Source: Candidatus Eiseniibacteriota bacterium
GTDB taxonomy: Bacteria > Eisenbacteria > RBG-16-71-46
Assembly: GCA_041483195.1 (NCBI GenBank)
Contig: JBGPFC010000015.1
Location: 1 to 64,000, forward strand
Direction of reading: 5' to 3'
DNA length: 64,000 nucleotides
Under the pieces are notes generated by a model, which saw only the letters and a list, made by a program, of their open reading frames with translations, was not told the origin of the DNA and made no database searches. Position numbers and translations under genes: made by a program. Below are positions 7,350-17,522 of this stretch, piece after piece; the stretch's first letter is position 1, and the number at the start of each line of letters is the position of its first letter.

Positions 7350-8547
7350 GGTTCTCCACCTCTCGGAGAATCTGCCGCTGCCCTTCGATCGTCGCGTGTG
7401 GATGGAGCTCACCGCCCTGAAGCGGGGCGGCTTCGAGGTGTCCGCGATCTGCCCGATGGGAGATCCGTACAACGCCCGCTACGAAGAGATCGACGGCATC
7501 GCGATCTGGCGCTATCCCGCGCCGCCCCCCACCCGCGGATTCCTCTCCTATGTCTGGGAATTTCTCTACTGCTGGCTCCAGACGGCGCGGCTCACGCTGG
7601 TGGTGCTGAGCCGGCGCGGGTTCGACATCATTCACGCCGCCAATCCGCCCGACACCTTCTGGGCGATCGCGCTTCCACTCCGGCTGCTCGGCAAGCGCTA
7701 CGTGTTCGATCACCACGACCTGTGCCCCGAGCTGTACGTCGCGCGCTTCGGCGACGCGAAGGCGGGAACGCTTCCGCATCGCCTGCTGCGGGCGCTCGAA
7801 TGGGCGCAGTTCCGCAGCGCGCACCTGGTGATCTCGACCAACGAATCCTACCGCCAGATCGCGATCGGCCGCGGCGGCGTGGACCCCGCGCGCGTGATCG
7901 TGGTGCGCAGCGGTCCGAGTCGCGAGCGCTTCGCGACCGTGCGCCCGGTCGCGCCGGAGCTCAAGCGCGGGAGGCGGTTCCTGGTCGCGTACCTGGGGGT
8001 CATGGCGCCGCAGGACGGCGTGGACCACCTGCTGCGGGCCGCGCACATCCTGGTGCATCAGCGCGGGCGCGACGACGTCGCATTCACGCTGGTGGGCGCC
8101 GGCGACTCGTTCGAGGACCTGAAGACGCTCTCGCACTCGCTGAACCTCGACGCGCACGTGGAGTTCACCGGCAGGATCCCGGACCCCGACGTCGAGCGCA
8201 TCCTCACCACCGCGGACGTGTGCGTGTGCCCCGATCCGAAGAACCCGCTCAACGACCTCTCGACCATGAACAAGGTGCTCGAGTACATGGCGTGCGGGCG
8301 GCCGATCGTTGCATACGACCTGCGCGAGCACCGGTACTCGGCGGCGGACGGCGCGCTGTACGCGGCGCCCAACCACGAGGACGACCTGGCCGCCAGGATC
8401 ATCGAGCTGCTCGACGATCCGGGGCGGCGGGCGGCGATGGGCGAATACAACCGGAAGCGTTTCCTCGAGCGCATGGCGTGGGAATACAGCGCGGGCGAGC
8501 TGCTCCGGGCCTACGAGGTGGTATGCGGACCGACGACCGGCGCGTGA
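7333..8547 (+). CDS. Glycosyltransferase family 4
   Basis: ENLPLPFDRRVW, FDHHDLCPE, TMNKVLEYMACGRPIV. Confidence 0.92.
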   Translation: MASRGRVLHLSENLPLPFDRRVWMELTALKRGGFEVSAICPMGDPYNARYEEIDGIAIWRYPAPPPTRGFLSYVWEFLYCWLQTARLTLVVLSRRGFDIIHAANPPDTFWAIALPLRLLGKRYVFDHHDLCPELYVARFGDAKAGTLPHRLLRALEWAQFRSAHLVISTNESYRQIAIGRGGVDPARVIVVRSGPSRERFATVRPVAPELKRGRRFLVAYLGVMAPQDGVDHLLRAAHILVHQRGRDDVAFTLVGAGDSFEDLKTLSHSLNLDAHVEFTGRIPDPDVERILTTADVCVCPDPKNPLNDLSTMNKVLEYMACGRPIVAYDLREHRYSAADGALYAAPNHEDDLAARIIELLDDPGRRAAMGEYNRKRFLERMAWEYSAGELLRAYEVVCGPTTGA

Positions 8548-9722
8548 GGGTGCTGCTCGCCGAGAGCGGCAGCGCGGTGGGTGGCACCGAGCGCGTCGTG
8601 TGGGAGCTCGCGACCCGCCTCAGCCGCGAACGCTTCCAGGTCGGGGTGTGGCTCTCGGTCGCGCCCGGAGTGGACGAGCTCGCCCAGTCGCTGGTCGCGA
8701 GCGGCGTGCCGGTCGAGCGCGTGCCCGAGGTGGACTCGCGCTGGGACTGGCCGGGCATGTTCGCGACCTGGCGGCGCCTGCGGCGCGTGCGGCCCACCCT
8801 GCTCCATCTGCATCACGTGTGGCCGGCCGCCGACCGCTACCTCGCCTCGATCGCGGGGGCGGCGGGGGTCGAGCACCTGGTCGTCACCGAGCACATCGTT
8901 GGGCAATCGCACTCCGCCCCGCAGCGCGCGCTCAAGCGCGGCGAACTCCAGGGCGCCGACGCCGTGACCGCCGTGTGCGGAGCGGTCGCCGAGTCGCTGG
9001 TGCGGGAATACGGCGTGCCGCGCACCCGCGTGCGGGTGGTCGCGAACGGCGCGGATCCGCCCGACGAGGCCGCCGAGCAGGAGCCCGCGCGCCGGCTGCG
9101 GCAATCGTTCGGAGTCACACCGGCTCGCCCGCTCTGGGTGTGCGCGGCGCGGCTCGAGCGGCAGAAGGGCCACGACGTGCTGATCGAGGCGCTCGCCGAG
9201 GTGAGACGCGCCGGGCTCGACTTCACGGTGGCGCTCGCGGGCGAAGGCGCGCTGCGGGCCGAGCTCGAGCACCGCGCCGCGGAACTCGGGCTCGGCGCTC
9301 GCGTGCGCTTCCTCGGGCAGGTCGAGGCGATCGGGCCGCTGCTGGCGGCGGCCGACGCGGTGCTGCTGCCTTCGCGCTGGGAGGGCCTGCCGCTCACGCT
9401 GCTCGAAGCCATGGCGCGCGGGCGCCCGGTCATCGCGAGCGCGGTGGGCGGAATTCCCGAGATCGTCGAGAACGGAGCCACCGGCCGGCTGGTGCCGCCC
9501 GAGGACGCGGCGGCGCTCGCCGACGCGCTCGAGTGGTGCCATCGCAAACCCGACGCCGCGCTGCGCATGGGCCGCGCGGGCGCCGCGCTGGTACGCGAGC
9601 ATCACACGTGGCGGCACGTCGTGGAGTCGTTCGAGGCCGTGTACGACGAAGTGCTGGGTCTCGCGAGCTTCACGCCGGACGGCGCGCGCGGGGCGGCGGC
9701 CTCCGCGAAGGCGGGGCCATGA
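8544..9722 (+). CDS. Glycosyltransferase family 4
   Basis: GGTERVV, ARLERQKG, PSRWEGLPLTLLEAMA; GTGA overlap with the upstream gene. Confidence 0.92.
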   Translation: MRVLLAESGSAVGGTERVVWELATRLSRERFQVGVWLSVAPGVDELAQSLVASGVPVERVPEVDSRWDWPGMFATWRRLRRVRPTLLHLHHVWPAADRYLASIAGAAGVEHLVVTEHIVGQSHSAPQRALKRGELQGADAVTAVCGAVAESLVREYGVPRTRVRVVANGADPPDEAAEQEPARRLRQSFGVTPARPLWVCAARLERQKGHDVLIEALAEVRRAGLDFTVALAGEGALRAELEHRAAELGLGARVRFLGQVEAIGPLLAAADAVLLPSRWEGLPLTLLEAMARGRPVIASAVGGIPEIVENGATGRLVPPEDAAALADALEWCHRKPDAALRMGRAGAALVREHHTWRHVVESFEAVYDEVLGLASFTPDGARGAAASAKAGP

Positions 9723-10708
9723 CGCTCGGCGTCGTGATCCCCTGTTACCGGCAGGAGCGCTTCCTCGCGCGCACCCTCGGCGCGATCGAGCGCGCGCTGG
9801 ACGGACACGCGTGGCGAGGCGCGCTGGTGATGGCCGCGCCGGGATCGCACCCGCTGCCCGCGTCCTCGTTGCGCTGGCAGGTGATCGCTCCGCCCCGGTC
9901 CGCGCCGCTCACTCCGGGCGCGGCCCGCATGCTCGGGTTCGCGGCGTGCGGCGGCGAATGGGTGCTGTTCGTCGATGCCGATGTCGAGCTCGAGCGCGCC
10001 TGGGCGGAGGCGGCGGGCGCTGCGATGGGCCGCGCGGAGGGCGCAGCGCTCGCGGGGCTGGGCGGGCGCCTCGAGGAGTGGTTCGAGGACGCGGCAGGCG
10101 AGCGGCGCGGAGCGCCCGACATGTATGGCGTCGGCGAATCCGATCGCCGTGTGGATTACCTCGCGACGCTCGCGTGCTATCGGCGCGAGGCGCTGATCGC
10201 GGCCGGCGGATACGACCCGCGCCTCTCCTCCGAAGAAGACTTCGAGCTGGGCCTGCGGATGCGCGGGCTCGGGCTCGAGCTGCGCTCGCTGGGCGTCCGC
10301 GCCGGCCGTCACTGGAGCGCGCCGCGGCCCAGCTTCGAGGAGCATGCGCGCCGCTGGCGAACCGGACTCTGCTTCGGCCAGGGCCAGGTGCTGCGCCTGT
10401 ACGCGGGCCGGCCCGGCTTCGGCGCGTTGCTGCGGAGGCAGGCGCTCTACCTCGCGACGCTCGCGATCTGGGGAATGGGCGTGCTCGCATTCGTGGCATC
10501 GCTCGCCACGCGCAGCGCGCGGCCGTTCGCGATGTGGTCGCTGCTGCCGCTCGCCGTGCTCGCCGTGATGGGTGCGCGCAAGGGCAGCGGGTGGCTCGGA
10601 CTCCACTCGCTGCTCGCATGGACGCTGAACGGCCTGGGTCTGGCGGTCGGGCTGTTCCGTCTTCCGGGACGAGGCGACGGCCCGGTACCGGGCGGGCGCG
10701 CATGCTGA
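9719..10708 (+). CDS. Glycosyltransferase family 2 with C-terminal TM helices
   Basis: VVIPCY, LFVDAD (DxD), GGYD...EEDFELG; ATGA overlap. Confidence 0.88.
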   Translation: MTLGVVIPCYRQERFLARTLGAIERALDGHAWRGALVMAAPGSHPLPASSLRWQVIAPPRSAPLTPGAARMLGFAACGGEWVLFVDADVELERAWAEAAGAAMGRAEGAALAGLGGRLEEWFEDAAGERRGAPDMYGVGESDRRVDYLATLACYRREALIAAGGYDPRLSSEEDFELGLRMRGLGLELRSLGVRAGRHWSAPRPSFEEHARRWRTGLCFGQGQVLRLYAGRPGFGALLRRQALYLATLAIWGMGVLAFVASLATRSARPFAMWSLLPLAVLAVMGARKGSGWLGLHSLLAWTLNGLGLAVGLFRLPGRGDGPVPGGRAC

Positions 10709-11907
10709 TTCACGGGGCGACCGACAACGACATCTACCCGCCGCTGTTCGGCGCTTCGCAGCGCAGCTTCGGACTCTATCGCGGGCTCGCGCGCCGGCAC
10801 GAGGTCGTGGTGCTGTGCGTGGTGCCGAACCGCAATCGTGCGCCGCTCGAGCAGCGCGCTCAGGGCGTGACGCTGATCCGCCGGCGCGCGTGGTACACGA
10901 GCCTCGCGTGGCGCCTCGAGCGCGCGCGCCTCGCGCCGCTGTTTCTCGCGGCGCATGGCCACGCGTGGCGCGCGGGCCGGCTGCGCCACGCGCTCCCCGC
11001 CTCGGCCGACGTGTGCATGGCGGACCTCCACCTCGCGGGCCTGCTGGCGCGCCGTCCGGCGCGGCTGCGCGTGCTCGATTGCCAGAACGTCGAGTCCGAT
11101 CATTTTCGGACGGCGGGGCCATCGCTCGCCGCGCGCGGGTTCTGGGCGGCGCGGCTGCGCGCGATCGAGGCGCGAGCGATGCGCGGCGCCGATCTGGTGA
11201 TCGCCGCCAGCGACGAGGACGCGGCGCGCCTGCGGGCGCTCTACGGCATCGCCCCCGGGGCGCTCGCGGTGATTCCCAACGGGTACGACGAGACGGCGGT
11301 GCGCCCCCCGGTCACGGACGAGCGCGCGCGCGCGCGCGCCGCGCTCGGGATCGAAGCGGACGACGCCGTCGCGCTGTTCGTGGGCTCCGATGTTCCGCAC
11401 AATCGTTCGGCGCTGGCCCTCGCGCTCGAGCGCGTGATGCTCCCGCTCGCGCGCGACGGGTGGAAGCTGCTGGTCGCGGGCTCGGTGTCGCGCGCGATCG
11501 CCGGTCGTCGCGAACCGTGGCTGATCGCGCGGCCCGCCGTGCCCGACCTGCTCCCGATCCTCCATGCGGCCGACGTGGGCCTCAATCCCGCGACGGAGGG
11601 CGGCGGAAGCAACGTGAAGCTCCCGACCTATCTCGCCGCCGGACTCGCGGTGCTGACGACGCGTTTCGGGGTGCGCGGCTACGCGGCGCTCGAGCCGCTC
11701 GTCATCGTCGCCGAGCCGGACGCGATGAGCGACGCGCTGCGCGCGCGTCCACGCGGGTGGGGCGCGTCCGGCGCGGGGGCGCCGCCCGCGATCGCGGCCC
11801 ACGCATGGGGAACGCTCGGAGAGCGGCTGGGCGAGGTGTTCGCGGCCCGCCTCGGCGGGGAGCCGGCCGCCTCCGGCGCGGGCGAAGCGGGAGGGGCGAG
11901 CGCGTGA
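10702..11907 (+). CDS. Glycosyltransferase family 4
   Basis: YPP..GASQR, DCQNVE, IPNG, GGSNVKLPTYLAAG. Confidence 0.85.
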   Translation: MLIHGATDNDIYPPLFGASQRSFGLYRGLARRHEVVVLCVVPNRNRAPLEQRAQGVTLIRRRAWYTSLAWRLERARLAPLFLAAHGHAWRAGRLRHALPASADVCMADLHLAGLLARRPARLRVLDCQNVESDHFRTAGPSLAARGFWAARLRAIEARAMRGADLVIAASDEDAARLRALYGIAPGALAVIPNGYDETAVRPPVTDERARARAALGIEADDAVALFVGSDVPHNRSALALALERVMLPLARDGWKLLVAGSVSRAIAGRREPWLIARPAVPDLLPILHAADVGLNPATEGGGSNVKLPTYLAAGLAVLTTRFGVRGYAALEPLVIVAEPDAMSDALRARPRGWGASGAGAPPAIAAHAWGTLGERLGEVFAARLGGEPAASGAGEAGGASA

Positions 11908-12998
11908 GGATCGCCATGATCGGCCAGAAGGGCGTCCCCGCGACCTACGGCGGGATCGAGAAGCACATCGAGGAGATCGCGCGCCGCCTGGTCGAGCGCG
12001 GTCACGAGGTCTCGGTGTTCTGCCGCTACCACTACACGCCTCGCAGCGCACGGTTCGACGGGGTGCGGCTGCTGCGCCGGCCCAGCATCGCCACCAAGCA
12101 CCTCGACACCGTGACGCACGTCGCGTGGAGCACGGCCGAGGCCATGCTGCGGCGCCACGACATCGTGCATTTCCACGCCCTGGGTCCCTCGATGTTCTCC
12201 TGCCTGCCGCGCCTGACCGGCCAGAAGACGGCGGTGACCGTGCACGGCCTCGACTGGCAACGCCAGAAGTGGGGCAGGTTCGCGGCCTGGGTGCTGAGGC
12301 AGTGCGAGGGTCCGGCCGCGCGCTTTCCGAATCGCACCATTGTGGTGTCGAAGACGCTGCGCGAGCACTTCCGCGTCCACCATCACCGCGACGCCGCGTT
12401 CATCCCGAACGGCACCAATCTGCCGGTGCCGCGCGCCGCGAACAAGATCCTCGAGCTCGGCCTGAAGCCCGGGAAGTACGTGCTGTTCGTCGGACGGCTG
12501 GTGCCCGAGAAGGGCGTGCACTTCCTGTGCGAGGCGTTCCGCAGCATCGACACCGACATGACGCTCGCGCTCGCGGGGGGGCTCTCGTTTTCGGCCGACT
12601 ACGTCCAGTCGCTGCGCCGCTACGAGGGCGACCGGGTGCGCATGCTCGACTACGTGTACGGCGAGACGCTCGAGGAGCTGTGGAGCAACGCCTATCTGGT
12701 CGTCCACCCCTCCACCATGGAGGGGCTCTCGATCGCTCTGCTCGAGGCGCTCTCCTACGGGCGGTGCGTGTTGCTCTCGGACATCCCCGAGAACATGGAA
12801 GTCGGGGCCGACATCGCGGTGCCGTTCCACACCCAGGACGTGGCCGATCTCCACTCGAAGCTCGAAACCCTGATCCGCGATCCCGATCGCGTACGCGAGT
12901 ACGAGCGTCGCGCACGGGCGCACATCGCGGACCACTATTCGTGGGACACCGTCGCCGAACAGACCGAGGCGCTGTACCGCGAGATGCTGAAGCGGTGA
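11904..12998 (+). CDS. Glycosyltransferase family 4
   Basis: IAMIGQKGVPATYGGIE, GRLVPEKG, EGLSIALLEALSYG; GTGA overlap. Confidence 0.93.
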   Translation: MRIAMIGQKGVPATYGGIEKHIEEIARRLVERGHEVSVFCRYHYTPRSARFDGVRLLRRPSIATKHLDTVTHVAWSTAEAMLRRHDIVHFHALGPSMFSCLPRLTGQKTAVTVHGLDWQRQKWGRFAAWVLRQCEGPAARFPNRTIVVSKTLREHFRVHHHRDAAFIPNGTNLPVPRAANKILELGLKPGKYVLFVGRLVPEKGVHFLCEAFRSIDTDMTLALAGGLSFSADYVQSLRRYEGDRVRMLDYVYGETLEELWSNAYLVVHPSTMEGLSIALLEALSYGRCVLLSDIPENMEVGADIAVPFHTQDVADLHSKLETLIRDPDRVREYERRARAHIADHYSWDTVAEQTEALYREMLKR

Positions 12999-13121
12999 CC
13001 ACGCCGGGGCGCCGCGGGGAGCGTGGGGGGTGGACAGGTCGGACGCGCCGCCGGCATGATTGCCGCCCGGCGCACGCTGTGCTACTCATCGCGCGCCATC
13101 CAATCGAGGAGCCGCGCACCG

Positions 13122-14165
13122 ATGCCTGAACGCTTCGTGCTGGTGCTCGCCGGCGGCCGTGGCGAGCGATTCTGGCCGTGGAGCCGACCCGAGCGCCCGA
13201 AGCAACTGCTGCCGCTGGCGCGGGGCGGGCGTTCGCTGCTGGCCGCGACCTTCGAACGCGCGACGGCCCTGGTCCCCGCGGATCACGTGATCGTGATGAC
13301 CTCTTCCGATCTGTGCGCCGCCGTCGAGCGCGAGTGCCCGGGGGCGCGCGTGCTCGGCGAGCCGATGCCGCGCAATACCGCGCCGGCGATCGCGGCGGCC
13401 GCTGCGTTCATCCCAGACGCCGCCGCGTTCGCGGTACTCCCCGCCGATCACGCGATCGATGCCGTCGACGCCTGCACCCGCGACTTCGAGCGTGCCTTCC
13501 GGATCGCAGAGCGCGATGCGGTGCTGGTGACGTTCGGGGTCCCGCCCACCCGGGACGACATCAACTTCGGATACATCCGGCGCGGCGCGGCGCTGGGCGA
13601 GCGCGTGTTCCGGGTCGCGCAGTTCACAGAGAAGCCGGACCTCGATCGCGCGCGGGAATGGGTCGCGAGCGGCGACTACTCGTGGAACACCGGCATGTTC
13701 GTGTGGCGGCGCGCGGTGTTCTTCGACGCGCTCGAGGCGGGGCGCCCCGCGCTCGCCTCCGCGCTTCGCGGGCTCGACGTCGCGGGCGGGGTCGCAGCGT
13801 TCGGCGCGCGGCTGCGCGAGGTGTTTCCCGCGCTCGAGTCCATCTCGGTGGACTACGCGGTGCTCGAGCGCGCGCCCAACGCGGTGGTGATCGAGGCCTC
13901 CTTCGACTGGGACGACCTCGGAACGTGGGGCGTGTGGGCGCGCCGTCAACCGCGCGATGCGCGCGGGAACGTGGCGTTCGGGGACGCCGTGATCGTGGAC
14001 TGCGACGGCTGCGTCGTGGTGGGCGAGGGCGGCACGGCCGCCGCGATGGGCCTGCGTGACACGGTGGTGGTGCACGTGAACGGCGTGACCCTGAGCTGCC
14101 CGCTCTCCGCGAGCGACGGCGTGCGGCGCGTGAGCGCTGCATTGCGCGAGCGGACCGCCCGATGA
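13122..14165 (+). CDS. manC: Mannose-1-phosphate guanylyltransferase
   Basis: LAGGRGERFWPWSR..PKQ, RNTAPAI, PADH, FTEKP, SVDYAVLE, WDDLGTW. Confidence 0.92.
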   Translation: MPERFVLVLAGGRGERFWPWSRPERPKQLLPLARGGRSLLAATFERATALVPADHVIVMTSSDLCAAVERECPGARVLGEPMPRNTAPAIAAAAAFIPDAAAFAVLPADHAIDAVDACTRDFERAFRIAERDAVLVTFGVPPTRDDINFGYIRRGAALGERVFRVAQFTEKPDLDRAREWVASGDYSWNTGMFVWRRAVFFDALEAGRPALASALRGLDVAGGVAAFGARLREVFPALESISVDYAVLERAPNAVVIEASFDWDDLGTWGVWARRQPRDARGNVAFGDAVIVDCDGCVVVGEGGTAAAMGLRDTVVVHVNGVTLSCPLSASDGVRRVSAALRERTAR

Positions 14166-14899
14166 GCATGCGCGCGCCGTTCGCGGGCCTGCTCGCCCTG
14201 GTGTTGCTGGCGGGCGCGGCGGGTGCGCCGGGCAGGACGCCGGTGGGCACCACGGCGTCGGGCGGCTCGATCCTTTCGAACGCCCCGCACGCGGCGGTGG
14301 TGGACAGCGGGCCCTCGGCGGATGCTGCGGCGGTGCTCTCCAGCATTCCCGAGCCGCTCGCGCCGGGCGAGCGCGTGCCGCCCGGCGCGAGCGGGGCGAT
14401 CGGAACGCGGGCGGGCGCGCGCGCGGACAGCGCAGCCGGGACGACCGCCGGGGGCGCCGCCCCGACCGGCGCGGACAGCACGGGCGCGGCGCGCGCGGAG
14501 TCGCGTTCGGCGAGCGCCGACACCGGCGACGCCGTCCCGGTTCCGGAGCCCACCGCGCCGCTCGGCGATGCGCCCGGATCGCTCGCGCGGCATGCGGCGC
14601 TCGACAGCGCGATGCGGGCGATGCCCGCCGCGCCACCTTCGGCCACGACCGCGCACCCGCGGCCCGACAGTTGCTGGCGCGTCCAGATCGCGGCGCCGCT
14701 GGTGGCGGCCGAGGCCGAGCTGAAGCGCTCGGCGGCGGAGTCGCTGCTGCTCCAGTCGATGGTGATCGTGCACGAGAAGGGCCGCTACAAGGTCCGCACC
14801 CGCGACTGCCTGACGCGCGCCGCGGCGGTCGCGTTGCGCCAGCGGGCGGTTGGCTCCAGCTTCACCGGGGCGTTCACGGTCGTCGAGGTGAAGCGATGA
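14162..14899 (+). CDS. SPOR-domain secreted protein
   Basis: Signal peptide, low-complexity linker, C-terminal WRVQIAA...YKVR...GAFTV. Confidence 0.75.
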   Translation: MSMRAPFAGLLALVLLAGAAGAPGRTPVGTTASGGSILSNAPHAAVVDSGPSADAAAVLSSIPEPLAPGERVPPGASGAIGTRAGARADSAAGTTAGGAAPTGADSTGAARAESRSASADTGDAVPVPEPTAPLGDAPGSLARHAALDSAMRAMPAAPPSATTAHPRPDSCWRVQIAAPLVAAEAELKRSAAESLLLQSMVIVHEKGRYKVRTRDCLTRAAAVALRQRAVGSSFTGAFTVVEVKR

Positions 14900-16140
14900 G
14901 CCGCGCGCTGGTCGTTTTCGAGGACGCGCGCTGGCGGCAGTTGCGTCCGTTCACCGATCTGCTTCCGGTGCCAGCGCTCGCGTTCGGAGCCTCGAGCCTG
15001 TGGGAGCGATGGCGGCGCATGGCGGGCCTCCCATTGCTCGCGATCGAGGCGCGCGCGCCGCTGATGGCGAGCTGGCGCGAAGCCCCGCGGCCCGATGCGC
15101 CGCGGCTCGAGGCGCGCGACGAGGTGCTGGTCGTGAACGCCGCGGTCCTGCCCGAGAGCCTGATCGATCAGGCGTCGGCGACGCGGGTGCCATCGCTGCT
15201 GGTGGCGGGCGGGCGCGTGGTGGGCGCGCGGCTGCACGTCGAGACGCTTGCGCCGGGTCTCGGGCGCGGGGCCGAGTTCGAGCGCTTCCTCGCGGGTCTC
15301 GCGCTCGAGACGTTCGAGGTCGAGGCGCGCGTCCTGAACTGGCCGTGGCGATTCGTCGGCTGGAACGCGGAGGCCATCACGCGCGACCTCGAGGGGCGCG
15401 GCGGCGAGCTCGCGGGCGAGCGCCACCCGCTCGCCGCGATCCTGAATCCCGAAGGCGTCTCCATCGAGCCGAAGGCGCGGATCGACGCGTTCGCAGTGCT
15501 CGACGCACGCGACGGTCCGATCCGGATCGGAGCCGGCGCGTGGGTGCGCCCGCACACGCTGGTCTCGGGGCCGTGCGTGGTGGGTGCGGGCTCGCAACTG
15601 CTGGGGGGCGCGATCGGGCGCTCGACGATCGGACCGGGATGCCGGCTGGCCGGCGAGGTCGAGGAGTGCGTGTGGCAGGGCTGGGCCAACAAGCGCCATC
15701 ACGGATTCGTCGGGCACAGCGTGGTCGGGGAATGGGTCAACCTCGGCGCGCTCACGACCACCAGCGATCTCAAGAACAACTATCGCCCGGTCCGCGTGTG
15801 GGTGGACGGACGCGAAGAGGACAGCGGCGAGATCAAGGTGGGATCACTGCTGGGGGCGCACGCGAGGACCGGCATCGGGACGCTGTTGCCGACCGGAGCC
15901 GCGATCGGCACGGGCTCGAATCTGTTCGGAGGCGGGCGCTTCACCCCGAAGCACCTGCCGGCGTTCGCGTGGTGGGACGGCGAGCGCACCGTCGAGCATC
16001 GCTTCGACCGTTTCCTCGAGACCACGCGAACGGCCTGGCGGCGTCGCGACCGCGAGCTGACCGCGAGCGAGGAGGCCGCGATGCGCGGGCTGTTCGATGC
16101 GACGCGCGCGGAGCGCGCGGCGGACGGCGTGGTGGAATAG
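14896..16140 (+). CDS. Putative sugar nucleotidyltransferase / GlmU-like protein with hexapeptide repeats
   Basis: LRPFT N-terminus, LDARDGPI, NKRHHGFVGHS..GEWVNLGALTTTSDLKNNY. Confidence 0.85.
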   Translation: MSRALVVFEDARWRQLRPFTDLLPVPALAFGASSLWERWRRMAGLPLLAIEARAPLMASWREAPRPDAPRLEARDEVLVVNAAVLPESLIDQASATRVPSLLVAGGRVVGARLHVETLAPGLGRGAEFERFLAGLALETFEVEARVLNWPWRFVGWNAEAITRDLEGRGGELAGERHPLAAILNPEGVSIEPKARIDAFAVLDARDGPIRIGAGAWVRPHTLVSGPCVVGAGSQLLGGAIGRSTIGPGCRLAGEVEECVWQGWANKRHHGFVGHSVVGEWVNLGALTTTSDLKNNYRPVRVWVDGREEDSGEIKVGSLLGAHARTGIGTLLPTGAAIGTGSNLFGGGRFTPKHLPAFAWWDGERTVEHRFDRFLETTRTAWRRRDRELTASEEAAMRGLFDATRAERAADGVVE

Positions 16141-16250
16141 GCGCGCCCGCCGCTCGCGTGTATGGCGCCGCCTGGAATCGCGAGGATCGTGTTGTCCTTC
16201 ACGCCGCTCGATGCGAACCTGTTCATGACCTTTCAAATCCGACCACGCCG

Positions 16251-16649
16251 ATGCGGTGGAATCAGCAGGCCGACCAGTTGAAGCGCGAGGTCGTCGCGCT
16301 CCACTTCGCGCTCCGGGATCCGCGAGTGCCTTGGCATGCGAAGGCGCTCGCGGCGTGCGTCGTCGGCTACGCGTTCAGCCCCATCGACCTGATCCCCGAT
16401 TTCATCCCGGTCCTGGGCTACCTCGACGATCTGATTCTGGTCCCGCTCGGGGTACGGGCCGTCCGCGCCCTGATTCCGCCCGAGGTTTTGGCCGAGTGCC
16501 GCGAACGGGCGAGCCGTCCGAGCAGCACGCCGCGAAATTGGGTCGCGGCTGCGATGATCATCCTCATCTGGCTGGCGATTGCCGCCGCCGGAATCCGTGG
16601 ATTCGTTGTGCTGCTCCGCGCGCTTGCCGCGTCTCGCGTGCTCGCCTAG
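16251..16649 (+). CDS. YkvA / DUF1232 family membrane protein
   Basis: DPRVPWHAK...YAFSPIDLIPDFIPVLGYLDDLILVP. Confidence 0.92.
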   Translation: MRWNQQADQLKREVVALHFALRDPRVPWHAKALAACVVGYAFSPIDLIPDFIPVLGYLDDLILVPLGVRAVRALIPPEVLAECRERASRPSSTPRNWVAAAMIILIWLAIAAAGIRGFVVLLRALAASRVLA

Positions 16650-16691
16650 AATTTTCCGCGCGCGGTTCTGCACTCTGGCGACCGCGCAACC

Positions 16692-17522
16692 ATGACCGGA
16701 GCCCAGCCGATGCCCGCACCCCACCCGATCGAAGCGCCGCGGCTCGCCGAGGTGAAGGATCAGGAGCGCGCGTGGCAGAACGCCACCGGCTGGACCTACC
16801 AGGAGCGCGCCTGGTCGCGCGCCGGGACGCGGCTCGTGCTCGAGCGCCAGTTCGAGCGCATCGGAGGCGCGCTCGCGCCTGAGCCCGCCGACCGCGTCCT
16901 CGAGCTGGGCTGCGGCGTGGGTCATCTGATCGCATGGCTCGGCCGCCATGCGCCGGCGCGCTACCTGGGCGTCGATCTATCGCTCACCACGGTGCGGGCG
17001 GCGCGCGATGCGAATTCCGCGCAGCGCTTCTCCGCCGCCGACGCGGAACGCCTGCCGTTTCGCGACGCGAGCTTCGATCGCGTCGCGTGCAACGGCTCGG
17101 GGCACCATTTCCTCGATCTGCCGGCCGCGCTGCGCGAGGCCCATCGCGTGCTGAAGCCGGGCGGACGGCTGGTGATGTTCGAGCCGATCGCGACCCCGCT
17201 GGCCAACGCGGTGCGCGGGACCCTGCTCCGCCGCAGCCGCTTCGAATCGCCGGCCGACCTCGCGCACAAGCACGAGTTCAGCCGTGCGATCGTCGAGCGC
17301 ACGCTGAGCGAGGCCGGGTTCCGCGAGGTGTCGAGCCGCTTCCACGATTTTCTGGCGTATCCGCTCTCGGGAATGTACATCGGGCTGCCCTGGAGCGGCT
17401 CGCGGGCGGTGATGGGGAGCCTCGCCGCCATCGAGGGCGCCCTGGCGAGGCTGACGCCGCTGCGGCCGCTGTTCGATCGGGTCGCGTGGCGGCTGCTGGT
17501 CGTGGCGACCCGGCCGCGATGA
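16692..17522 (+). CDS. Class I SAM-dependent methyltransferase
   Basis: VLELGCGVG, GVDLS, DAERLPFRDASFD, RVLKPGG. Confidence 0.9.
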   Translation: MTGAQPMPAPHPIEAPRLAEVKDQERAWQNATGWTYQERAWSRAGTRLVLERQFERIGGALAPEPADRVLELGCGVGHLIAWLGRHAPARYLGVDLSLTTVRAARDANSAQRFSAADAERLPFRDASFDRVACNGSGHHFLDLPAALREAHRVLKPGGRLVMFEPIATPLANAVRGTLLRRSRFESPADLAHKHEFSRAIVERTLSEAGFREVSSRFHDFLAYPLSGMYIGLPWSGSRAVMGSLAAIEGALARLTPLRPLFDRVAWRLLVVATRPR

